Both the position numbers and the translations under genes were made by a program. From positions 30,776 to 94,775 of the forward strand of contig CAYWEW010000003.1 of the NCBI GenBank assembly GCA_964457775.1: a DNA stretch of 64,000 nucleotides. Reading direction: 5' to 3'. Below are positions 9,506 to 18,080 of the stretch, piece by piece. The stretch is from an uncultured Candidatus Saccharibacteria bacterium. GTDB lineage: Bacteria > Patescibacteriota > Minisyncoccia > Phycocordibacterales > UBA5272. Positions within the stretch are counted from its first letter, which is position 1. Each line of letters opens with the position of its first letter. Under the pieces are notes generated by a model. The model made no database searches. It saw only the letters and a list, made by a program, of their open reading frames with translations, and was not told where the DNA came from.

Positions 9506-10765
9506 ATGCCTAACAAAATAAACGAAAACAAAATATGGGACGTAGTCGTTATAGGTGGCGGTCCTGCGGGTATGATGGCAGCTGGCCGCGCTGGTGCGAA
9601 AGGAAAGAAAGTTTTACTTCTTGAAAAGAATACTGTTTTAGGTAAAAAACTTCTCATTACAGGAGGGGGTCGTTGTAATATTACAAACAACAAAGCAACT
9701 ACACGTGACATGCTTGCAAAATATAAAGGTAATGATCAATTCTTATTTTCTGCGTTTTCACAATTTGACGTACCAACAACACTTTCATTTTTCAAAGATA
9801 AAGGTTGTCCAACTAAAGTAGAAAATGAAGGAAGAATGTTTCCAGTGTCAGACAAAGCTCAATCAGTTTACGATGTTCTGTATGAATATATGAGAGAGGG
9901 TAAAGTTGAAATTAGAAAAAGTAGTATAGTTGGCGGTCTAAAAGTTGCGAAAGGTGGTGAAGGAGTAATTATTAGTACAAAAAGTGGAAATGATATTCAT
10001 GCAAGGTCTTGTATATTAGCAACAGGTGGAACATCGCGTCCAGAAACTGGCTCAACAGGTGAGGGTTTCGCCTGGCTCAAAAAGCTAGGTCACACTATTA
10101 TCGAGAATGATGCAGCCCTTGTTCCTGTTGCGTTAACGGATACATGGATAAAAAAGTTAAGTGGGAATACTTTGGATGATATTAAATTAACTACATTTCA
10201 AAATAATCAAAAACAAGAAAGCTATAAAGGTAAATTATTGTTCACACATTTTGGCATTAGTGGTCCAACTGTGCTTAATATGAGTAAAGATATAGGTGAG
10301 TTGCTCAAATATGGAGAGGTGGATATAGTTATCGATTTATTTCCATCTATTGATAATGGAACACTTAAGTCACGATTACAATCTGTTCTCGTAGAAGATA
10401 GTAATAAAAAATTAAAGAATGTTCTCTCAAGAATTATACCGTCATTTTTGGTTTCCACAATTCTCTCTCTTTCAGAGATTGACGGACAGACATTTAATCA
10501 TAGTGTGAGTAGTGAGGACAGGGTGAAGTTAGTGAAGCAGATGAAAGAAATTAAACTTCACGTGAAAGGTTTACTCGGAAAAGAAAAAGCAATCGTAAGC
10601 TCAGGGGGGGTTACTCTTACTGAAGTTGATATGAAGACAATGGAGTCAAAAATTGTAAAAGGACTTTATATTGTTGGAGATGTTTTAAATATTGATAGAC
10701 CTTCAGGTGGCTACAGTCTTCAACTTTGCTGGACTACAGGGTGGGTAGCTGGTCAAGCCGTGTAG
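9506..10765 (+). CDS. FAD-dependent oxidoreductase, HI0933/BaiN-like
   Basis: N-terminal dinucleotide fold DVVVIGGGPAGMMAA and LLITGGGRCN motif. Confidence 0.8.
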   Translation: MPNKINENKIWDVVVIGGGPAGMMAAGRAGAKGKKVLLLEKNTVLGKKLLITGGGRCNITNNKATTRDMLAKYKGNDQFLFSAFSQFDVPTTLSFFKDKGCPTKVENEGRMFPVSDKAQSVYDVLYEYMREGKVEIRKSSIVGGLKVAKGGEGVIISTKSGNDIHARSCILATGGTSRPETGSTGEGFAWLKKLGHTIIENDAALVPVALTDTWIKKLSGNTLDDIKLTTFQNNQKQESYKGKLLFTHFGISGPTVLNMSKDIGELLKYGEVDIVIDLFPSIDNGTLKSRLQSVLVEDSNKKLKNVLSRIIPSFLVSTILSLSEIDGQTFNHSVSSEDRVKLVKQMKEIKLHVKGLLGKEKAIVSSGGVTLTEVDMKTMESKIVKGLYIVGDVLNIDRPSGGYSLQLCWTTGWVAGQAV

Positions 10766-10870
10766 AGCGGCGAAGAGTTCCAGATTCAGTATAATCAAGT
10801 CTTGGACTAAAGCTAGCAAACGAAGGAGTAGATTATGTGACCACTAGGGTATATACAACAGTAAATATAC

Positions 10871-10902
10871 AAAAGAAAAAGCGCGACCCTTCGGGTCGCG
10901 CT
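10871..10902 (-). terminator. intrinsic terminator (gcgcgaccc-ttcg-gggtcgcgc preceded by A-run)
   Basis: 9-bp GC stem 10881-10902; T-run on minus strand; 6 nt past the stop of 10908..11189. Confidence 0.65.
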
Positions 10903-10907
10903 TCGCA

Positions 10908-11189
10908 TTAATGTTTTTGTGAAGGTTGTTCGTGTGGAAGAGTTAATGAAAATACTTTACCCCATCCTTGATGATGCAGCATTCCTTCATTCATTGTACT
11001 TATCAGTATTCCGAGCCAGGTGTCATCTTTCGCAGTAATTTCTACGCGATAATTATCAAGATGTGTCTCCATTTCATCTGGAGATATTTTTACTTCTGCT
11101 CCTCGAGCTGATTCAAGTTCGTAAAAGAGAGCAAAAAAATCAGGCAAATGTTTTCTGTTTAGGGTTGCTGAGTAAGTTCCCATGCTCAT
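10908..11189 (-). CDS. hypothetical protein (93 aa)
   Basis: ORF co-transcribed with 11203..11409; terminator downstream. Confidence 0.4.
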   Translation of the reverse strand: MSMGTYSATLNRKHLPDFFALFYELESARGAEVKISPDEMETHLDNYRVEITAKDDTWLGILISTMNEGMLHHQGWGKVFSLTLPHEQPSQKH

Positions 11190-11202
11190 ATATCCTTAAA
11201 AG

Positions 11203-11409
11203 TTATCTGCATTCTAGAAATCTTCCACGATGAATATGGCCAGTTATTCCATCTTCAAGTTCAATGCAAAGATTGGAACCAGAAATATCTTTTACTTTGT
11301 ATCTACCTCCAATTTCTACTTGATATTCCCGTGCTGTGTACCCCGTTGGTAGTTCAATCAAAGTGACAAATTCTCCAACTAAGCTGCGGATATTATTAAA
11401 CATCGTCAT
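11203..11409 (-). CDS. hypothetical small protein (68 aa)
   Basis: ORF 14 nt upstream of the preceding gene; no motifs. Confidence 0.35.
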   Translation of the reverse strand: MTMFNNIRSLVGEFVTLIELPTGYTAREYQVEIGGRYKVKDISGSNLCIELEDGITGHIHRGRFLECR

Positions 11410-11482
11410 TCCTTTTTGAAAAGAACTATTCGAAATCTACCATTTTAGGAATATTTGTCAAAGAAGATATGAATTTTAAAAT

Positions 11483-11493
11483 GTGTTAGAATA
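11483..11493 (+). promoter_or_regulatory. extended -10 box TGTGTTAGAAT, 5 nt before the mreB ATG (leaderless mRNA)
   Basis: The same 11-mer recurs before ychF (28906) and dnaJ (47501). Confidence 0.5.
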
Positions 11494-11498
11494 CTTCC

Positions 11499-12548
11499 AT
11501 GTTTGAGCGATTTTATCGACAATTTTCTAATGATATTGGTATCGATTTGGGTACTGCAAATACTCTCGTATATCTTCGAGGGAGAGGTATTGTAATTAAT
11601 GAACCATCCGTGGTTGCTATTAATACCAAAACTGACCGAGTGGTTGCTGTTGGTTTGGAAGCAAAGAATATGATGGGTCGCACACCTTCACATATTCGTA
11701 TTGTTCGCCCGCTTGTTGATGGGGTTATTTCTGATTATGAAGTTACAGAGGAAATGCTTTCGTATTTGATTAATAAAGCTAACGACACAGTTAAGAAACT
11801 TCTACGCCCTCGTGTTGTTATCGGTATACCAGTTGGTATTACTAATGTTGAAATGCGTGCAGTGTATGATGCAGCGAAATCAGCAGGTGCTCGTGAAGTG
11901 TACATTGTTGAAGAACCAATGGCTGCTGCAATCGGTGTTCATATGCCAGTGCATGAACCAGTTGGTAGTATGATGATAGACATAGGGGGTGGAACAACTG
12001 ATATCGCTGTGATTGCACTTTCGGGAGTTGTGCGGGCAAAAAGTATAAAAATCGCCGGAGATGTTTTAACTGAAAATATTATTGCTTATATGAGAGATGA
12101 GTTCAAAATGTTAGTTGGTGAAAAAACAGCTGAGCATATAAAAGTAAGTATTGGTTCAGCTTTACCAGATGAGAATGGTGAAGAGTTAAGTGTAAAGGGT
12201 CGTGATTTAGTAACTGGTCTTCCTCGTGAAGCGATTATTACTGACGTAGATATTCGTGAAGCAATGTACAGTTCCATTTCGCAATTGGTTGATGCTATAC
12301 GTGAAGTTTTGGAAACAACGCCACCAGAAGTACTCGCAGATATTATGCATAAGGGAATGACATTGTCCGGTGGCGGAGCTCTGATTAAAAATCTTCCACA
12401 ATTATTGGAGATGCAATTAAAAGTCCCAGTAACTGTTGCAGACGATCCGCTTACTGCGGTTGCTCGTGGTTGTGGAATTATTTTAGAAGACGTTACTCTT
12501 TATAAGGATGTATTAATACAAGACACTAATGACATATCTTTCAGGTAA
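11499..12548 (+). CDS. mreB: rod shape-determining protein MreB
   Basis: DIGIDLGTANT and actin-fold phosphate motifs throughout. Confidence 0.95.
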   Translation: MFERFYRQFSNDIGIDLGTANTLVYLRGRGIVINEPSVVAINTKTDRVVAVGLEAKNMMGRTPSHIRIVRPLVDGVISDYEVTEEMLSYLINKANDTVKKLLRPRVVIGIPVGITNVEMRAVYDAAKSAGAREVYIVEEPMAAAIGVHMPVHEPVGSMMIDIGGGTTDIAVIALSGVVRAKSIKIAGDVLTENIIAYMRDEFKMLVGEKTAEHIKVSIGSALPDENGEELSVKGRDLVTGLPREAIITDVDIREAMYSSISQLVDAIREVLETTPPEVLADIMHKGMTLSGGGALIKNLPQLLEMQLKVPVTVADDPLTAVARGCGIILEDVTLYKDVLIQDTNDISFR

Positions 12549-13329
12549 GGCAAATAAAAGAAAAAAGAATACTCGTTACTTTATATATATCAGTATTATA
12601 TTTTTGCTAGTTATTTTTTGGTCTGCCTTTAAAAATATTTTTTATCCAGTCCTTGAACCATTTGTTATGAGGTACGCGATTACGAAAACAGCTTTCAGTG
12701 ATATTCCAGAATTTATCCATACTTACACAACCTCAATGTCTGAACTTGTTCAAAGAAACAAAAATCTTGAAATTGATATTGAATACCTCGAAAATAAAAT
12801 TGCTGAAAAAGATGCGAAACTAAAAGAGTTTAATTTTATAGTAGAAGAAAATGGTTTAATACCGACGGAGTCAACGATTGTTATGTATCCACTAATGCAA
12901 GATGTTACAAAAATTTACTCAACAATAATTCTCTCAAAAGGTTTTAAAGATGGAATAGAAAAAGATATGTATGTTTATGTTAGGGGGCTACAGCCAGTCT
13001 GTGTTATAAAAGAAGTCTACACTTCAACGTCGTTATGTGAACTTATATCAAAGTCAGACACAGTAACTGAAGTTGTTGTGAAAGGGAAAGCAAGTTCTAC
13101 AATTGCATTTACAGTAACTGGTCGTGGTGGCGGAACTTTTCTTGGAGATGTGGCGCGTGATACACAAGTTGAAATCGGGGATGAAGTTTATTTAAAAAGT
13201 GATCAATCAATGAAGCTAGGTAAGGTAGTTAATGTTATGAATAATAATCAAGATACATCATGGCGTGTTTTTGTAAGTGGAGTGTACAATCCTGTTACGT
13301 CTTCAATTTTTTATACTCACAAAAAATAA
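12529..13329 (+). CDS. mreC: rod shape-determining protein MreC
   Basis: Position after mreB; N-terminal TM, coiled coil, beta-rich C-terminus with GRGGG. Confidence 0.65.
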   Translation: MTYLSGKANKRKKNTRYFIYISIIFLLVIFWSAFKNIFYPVLEPFVMRYAITKTAFSDIPEFIHTYTTSMSELVQRNKNLEIDIEYLENKIAEKDAKLKEFNFIVEENGLIPTESTIVMYPLMQDVTKIYSTIILSKGFKDGIEKDMYVYVRGLQPVCVIKEVYTSTSLCELISKSDTVTEVVVKGKASSTIAFTVTGRGGGTFLGDVARDTQVEIGDEVYLKSDQSMKLGKVVNVMNNNQDTSWRVFVSGVYNPVTSSIFYTHKK

Positions 13330-13488
13330 ATGAAAATTAAAGTCTTTATTATTGGATTAAGTGTTACGTTGGCAGTATTTTTGGATGTGGTTCTGTCTAA
13401 TTCAGAATATCCGATACTTACTTTATTTGTATGTGGTATAGTATTTTTATATGAGTATATTTCGCCGTATATCTACAGGTCGTACTAG
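13330..13488 (+). CDS. small 52-aa two-helix membrane ORF at the mreD position
   Basis: ATG 13330 abuts the mreC stop; hydrophobic; below the ORF-track cutoff. It overlaps the annotated mrdA start unless mrdA starts at the Met at 13571. Confidence 0.25.
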   Translation: MKIKVFIIGLSVTLAVFLDVVLSNSEYPILTLFVCGIVFLYEYISPYIYRSY

Positions 13489-15241
13489 AAAAATTAGTTC
13501 TCATGAAATAGATCCAGAAGATGTTTTTTTGGATTCCCAAAATTTGTCCTCATTGAATATTGATCAGATGCAAGGCCATTTTGAACGGCCACTTGGTAAG
13601 CATGTTTTCTATATTTTTTTAGTAGGAATTTTTATTCTTCTTGGTTCATATACTTACAGACTTTTTAGTATGCAAATTATTAATGGAGAGGTATACATTA
13701 AAAAAGCAGATAATAACCATTTAAAAAAATTACCACTCTTTGCACTTCGCGGAACTATTACTGATAGAAATGGAGAATTGCTTGCATGGAATACACTAGG
13801 TAACTATATTTATAAAGATACAAACAGTACATCTTCAGAAAAAGTTTCTGTAGATGATATCCCAATGCGTGTATACACCGAAGAAGAAGGTTTCTCACAT
13901 TTGCTTGGTTATGTGAGTTATCCAAAGCGCGATACTAGTGGTGTTTTTTGGCAAGATGAATATATAGGCAAAGATGGGGTGGAGAAACAGTATCAGACTT
14001 ATTTGCAAGGAACAAAAGGAGAAAGAATTATAGCTATAGATGCCCTTCATCAAATAGAGGCGCAGAATGTAGTTGTATACCCAGCTCACGGTGCTAATTT
14101 ACAACTTAGTATTGATAAAGAAATACAATCAAGGTTATATAAAGGCATAGAAGGTCTTGCTAAAAAAGCATCCTTTGTTTCTGGTGCTGGAGTGATTATG
14201 GATATTCATACAGGAGAAATTTTAGCGATAACCAGTTATCCTGAGTATGACAACAATATGATGACTAACGCTAAGACAAAAGAAGAGAATAAAAAGGTTG
14301 GAGAAGATTTGCTTGATAAAAGACAAAAGTTTTTGAATAGAGCTGTTAGTGGATTGTTTACGCCGGGCTCCACTGTAAAACCTTTTATTGCAATCGCAGC
14401 CCTTATGGAAGATGTTATTACACCTGAACAGAATATTTATAGTTCTGGTAAATTAGTTATTAAAAATAAATACGGTGGACCAGATACTGTTTTTAAAGAT
14501 TGGAAGGCTCATGGATATACTGATATGAGAAAAGCTCTAGAACAATCGTCTGATGAATATTTTTATCAAGTTGGAGGAGGTTATAAAGATCAGAAAGGCC
14601 TTGGGATTGATAGAATAAATAAATATGCTCGAATGTTTGGTTTTGGAACAACAACAGGAATAGATTTGCCTGCAGAGGCAAGCGGCAATATTCCATCACC
14701 AGAATGGAAAAAGAAAATATTCGGAGAGGATTGGCTGGTGGGTAATACTTACCATACTTCTATTGGTCAATACGGTTTTCAATTATCAGCTCTTGAACTT
14801 GTGCGAGGAGTTGCTGCAATTGCAAATGGAGGTTACCTCGTAACACCGCATGTACTTAAAGGACTGCCAACATCTAGTACGTCTATTGATTTGCCAGAAA
14901 GGGATTTGAAAGTTATAAGAGAAGGAATGCATCTTGTTGTTCATGGTGATGGTGGGACAGGTAAACCACTTAACATAACAGGAGTTGATGTTGCGGCAAA
15001 ATCTGGAACGGCGGAGTTGGGTGTTAGTAAGCAGTTAGTTAACTCTCTTATTACAGGATACTTTCCATACGAAGAACCAAAGTACGCTTTTGTTGTTGTA
15101 ATGGAAAAAGCAGATAGACATAATACTTTCGGTGCGGCTCACTCAATGAAGGAATTACTTGCCTGGATGAGAGACAATACCGACTATACAAAAACCTCTA
15201 AAGAGATTGAAAGTAAGAAAGATTTTATAAAAGATTTTTAA
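13451..15241 (+). CDS. mrdA: penicillin-binding protein 2 (class B PBP, elongasome transpeptidase)
   Basis: SxxK (STVK), SxN and KSGTAE motifs; position after mreBC. The start may be 13571. Confidence 0.85.
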   Translation: MSIFRRISTGRTRKISSHEIDPEDVFLDSQNLSSLNIDQMQGHFERPLGKHVFYIFLVGIFILLGSYTYRLFSMQIINGEVYIKKADNNHLKKLPLFALRGTITDRNGELLAWNTLGNYIYKDTNSTSSEKVSVDDIPMRVYTEEEGFSHLLGYVSYPKRDTSGVFWQDEYIGKDGVEKQYQTYLQGTKGERIIAIDALHQIEAQNVVVYPAHGANLQLSIDKEIQSRLYKGIEGLAKKASFVSGAGVIMDIHTGEILAITSYPEYDNNMMTNAKTKEENKKVGEDLLDKRQKFLNRAVSGLFTPGSTVKPFIAIAALMEDVITPEQNIYSSGKLVIKNKYGGPDTVFKDWKAHGYTDMRKALEQSSDEYFYQVGGGYKDQKGLGIDRINKYARMFGFGTTTGIDLPAEASGNIPSPEWKKKIFGEDWLVGNTYHTSIGQYGFQLSALELVRGVAAIANGGYLVTPHVLKGLPTSSTSIDLPERDLKVIREGMHLVVHGDGGTGKPLNITGVDVAAKSGTAELGVSKQLVNSLITGYFPYEEPKYAFVVVMEKADRHNTFGAAHSMKELLAWMRDNTDYTKTSKEIESKKDFIKDF

Positions 15242-15299
15242 AATAAAGTATATTGTTACTATTGTCAATATTACAAAAAAGACGTTTTCATGCTACTAT

Positions 15300-15770
15300 T
15301 TGAGAAACAAATTTATGGAATATTTAACATTAGAAAAGAAAAATGAATTAGAAAATGAGCTTTTACAGCTCAAAAGTGTTCGTCGTAAGGAAATTGCAGA
15401 TTCTCTTGAATATGCAAAGTCTCTTGGTGATTTGTCAGAAAATGCTGAATATCATCAAGCTCGTGAAGACCAAGCTAATTGTGAGGATCGTATTTCTCAT
15501 ATTGAGCAAATTCTTAAGAATGCAGTTATTATGGAAACAGGTGTTAGTGGTGTTGTAAGTGTTGGTTCAACGGTTACAGTGTTAAAAAAAGGAAGTAAGG
15601 AAGAAAAGACTTTTGCTCTTGTTGGTAGTGAAGAAGCAGATTCTGTTTCTGGTAAAATTTCAAATGAGTCTCCGCTAGGGCAAGCATTACTTGGAAAGAA
15701 AAAAGGCGACAAAGTAATTGTTCACGCACCAAAAGGAGAAGTAGAATATTCAATTGTATCAACTGTTTAG
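15300..15770 (+). CDS. greA: transcription elongation factor GreA
   Basis: GreA N-terminal coiled coil LGDLSENAEYHxAREDQ and C-terminal FKBP-like domain. Confidence 0.9.
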   Translation: MRNKFMEYLTLEKKNELENELLQLKSVRRKEIADSLEYAKSLGDLSENAEYHQAREDQANCEDRISHIEQILKNAVIMETGVSGVVSVGSTVTVLKKGSKEEKTFALVGSEEADSVSGKISNESPLGQALLGKKKGDKVIVHAPKGEVEYSIVSTV

Positions 15771-15832
15771 TTCGTAGTTACTGGTTACTAGTTGGTGGTA
15801 AATACAAAAGCGACAACAAAGTTGTCGCTTTT
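15731..15832 (+). repeat. direct repeat copy 1 (greA 3' end + terminator)
   Basis: 81 nt identical to 17902-17982, plus a ~20-nt diverged extension. Confidence 0.85.
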
Positions 15833-15834
15833 TG
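15808..15834 (+). terminator. greA intrinsic terminator (agcgacaac-aaa-gttgtcgct + T5)
   Basis: Perfect 9-bp stem followed by a T-run. Confidence 0.7.
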
Positions 15835-15899
15835 TGTTTAGTTTTATTGAATAAGTTTTCCCAAGGATAATGTTACACTGTATGTGTAGTATATAATTA

Positions 15900-17840
15900 T
15901 TGTTTTATATTCTACTTAAATATATAACAAGTGTGTATTCTCAAATTTACATAATTCAGCGTCTCCTAAATATAGCTCTGCCTTTTTTTGCTCTAATATT
16001 GCTTGTTGCAATCATTTTTTTTATTTATAAACTTTTTACGACAACAGATGAAGTTCGGGCTATAAATATGAGACGGATGACATTTAGTATAGTATCCATA
16101 TTTCTTGTCGTTATTCTTTGGGTTGTAGTTACTTTTTTAGGTTCTTCTACATATTTATTTAATAATTTTACCCACCTCTTTAAGGCATCTATATCTAATG
16201 ATTTGCATGCAAATCCAAATTTAGGGGGTGGGCCACTTGTTGTTTCCTTGACTGCGCCGGATGAGGTTATGAGAAAAATGGAAAATTGTACATATAGTAT
16301 TGGTTGGTTCGGGTCAAGTGGTAATGGTCTTTCCGTTGATTGGGGAGATGGAAAATCTGAGCCTAATCCAAATTCAAATGAAGGTAATAATGGTAAAAGT
16401 TGTACAGAGGTAGTAAAGAAACATATATATACTGCACCTGGAAAGTATACGATTAAAGTCACTAGTTGGCATCCTGGTCCAACTGATGGCGCTGTTATAG
16501 ATTGGATAGGAAAAACAAATGTGGAAGTAACTGTAAAAGATAATATTACATCCTCCATTGAGATTTTATCTCCTTCAGATGGAGAAACTTATTTTTATCA
16601 AAGTGATCCAGTGATTACTTGGAAGGTTATTGCTGGGAAGAAACTTTCACTTGTTAGTGAATTATTAGATAAAAATGATAATGTAATTGTTTCTGAAAAA
16701 AAAGATAACATTGCATTTAGTGGCGAAGGTAGTACTAGGTTTATATTAAGAGGTAGAACATACGATAATTTTTTAAAAAATGGTGATATCGAGACTACGA
16801 CAAGAGTTCGTCTTTTTGATAATAATACTATTGTTGCAGAAAACAGAAGTAAAGTTTTTACTTTATCAGCAAGGCATGTCGACTCAATAAATGAAAAACT
16901 TATAATATCTTCTGTTTCCAGCACTAGTCCATTTAGCGTAAAGGCATCATTTTCTTATTTTAATGCAATATGTGTCTCAAGCGTACTTGATTGGGGGGAT
17001 GGGTCACCTTTAGTAGAAAATATTAAACAAGTTCAAAAATCATGCCCACTAGATGATGAAACTAAAACATTTGAACATGTGTATCAAAAAATAGGTAAAT
17101 ACAAGATTATTTTAAAAACAAACGAATTTGATTTTGATGATGTTAAATTAGTCGTCCCTTATTATTCTAAGACAATTGAAGTTTCAGATGGGGGCATAAT
17201 AATTCCAAAGGATAAAACAGTTCCAGAAGTAGAAGTAGTGATTCCTGTTGTGGTGCCAAGTATTAGTATTAAATATGTATATCCAGATTACCTTAAGTTG
17301 AGTTATGAGAATTTATCAGAGTCAACAGCTGAGCTAATTAGTGAAAAAACAGGAAAAGTCGTGCATAGTATTGGTGTTATTAAGGATATGAGTGGTTCAC
17401 AACGAGTATATTTAAAGTCTATATCTGCTTTAGGAAAAAATTTAGAAAATGGGTATTATTATGTGCGTACCGTATCTAATTCAACATTAAAGCAAGAGGT
17501 TGTTCGTAGTGATCGCTTTTATTTTCAGCCTAATATTAATAATCCAGCAACCTTCATGTACCCTCTAAAGGATATAATTATAAAAAAAGGAGAACCATTA
17601 AAAGTTGATTATAAAATTAATCAAAATGAACTGGACGGTGATCCACTTTCTATCACAATTAGTATTGTTGGTGATAATTCTGTGATTGGGGGAGGGTACG
17701 GTGAAAAAGCAGTAATTGGGGAACATTCTCATGAATGGATTATTGATGAGGTTGGTATATATCGTCCTTACATAAATGTACGGTTTAGAGAAATTTCATA
17801 TACATTTCCTGGAGCGCTTATTACTGTGGTTGGTAATTAA
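15900..17840 (+). CDS. membrane-anchored surface protein with two PKD-like domains
   Basis: VDWGDG...KHIYTAPGKYTIKV and LDWGDG...HVYQKIGKYKI match the PKD consensus WDFGDG..HxYxxxGxYxV. N-terminal hydrophobic segments. ORF-track start is TTG; ATG at 16068 (MRRMTF...) is a likely true start. Confidence 0.6.
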   Translation: MFYILLKYITSVYSQIYIIQRLLNIALPFFALILLVAIIFFIYKLFTTTDEVRAINMRRMTFSIVSIFLVVILWVVVTFLGSSTYLFNNFTHLFKASISNDLHANPNLGGGPLVVSLTAPDEVMRKMENCTYSIGWFGSSGNGLSVDWGDGKSEPNPNSNEGNNGKSCTEVVKKHIYTAPGKYTIKVTSWHPGPTDGAVIDWIGKTNVEVTVKDNITSSIEILSPSDGETYFYQSDPVITWKVIAGKKLSLVSELLDKNDNVIVSEKKDNIAFSGEGSTRFILRGRTYDNFLKNGDIETTTRVRLFDNNTIVAENRSKVFTLSARHVDSINEKLIISSVSSTSPFSVKASFSYFNAICVSSVLDWGDGSPLVENIKQVQKSCPLDDETKTFEHVYQKIGKYKIILKTNEFDFDDVKLVVPYYSKTIEVSDGGIIIPKDKTVPEVEVVIPVVVPSISIKYVYPDYLKLSYENLSESTAELISEKTGKVVHSIGVIKDMSGSQRVYLKSISALGKNLENGYYYVRTVSNSTLKQEVVRSDRFYFQPNINNPATFMYPLKDIIIKKGEPLKVDYKINQNELDGDPLSITISIVGDNSVIGGGYGEKAVIGEHSHEWIIDEVGIYRPYINVRFREISYTFPGALITVVGN

Positions 17841-17880
17841 TTGTGTAGTTTTTATATAGTAACATAGACTGTATATTCAA

Positions 17881-17983
17881 GAAAAGGTGAAGTTGAAGAT
17901 ACAATTGTATCAACTGTTTAGTTCGTAGTTACTGGTTACTAGTTGGTGGTAAATACAAAAGCGACAACAAAGTTGTCGCTTTT
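17881..17983 (+). repeat. direct repeat copy 2 (degenerate greA tail ...KGEVEDTIVSTV* + terminator hairpin)
   Basis: Matches 15731-15832. Confidence 0.85.
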
Positions 17984-18080
17984 GTATTTTATATTTTAGT
18001 CGACTTAGTAATTGGTATCTGGTATTATTAATTGATATTAGTATGTATTAACTACTAACCAGTAACTATAAACTACCCAT

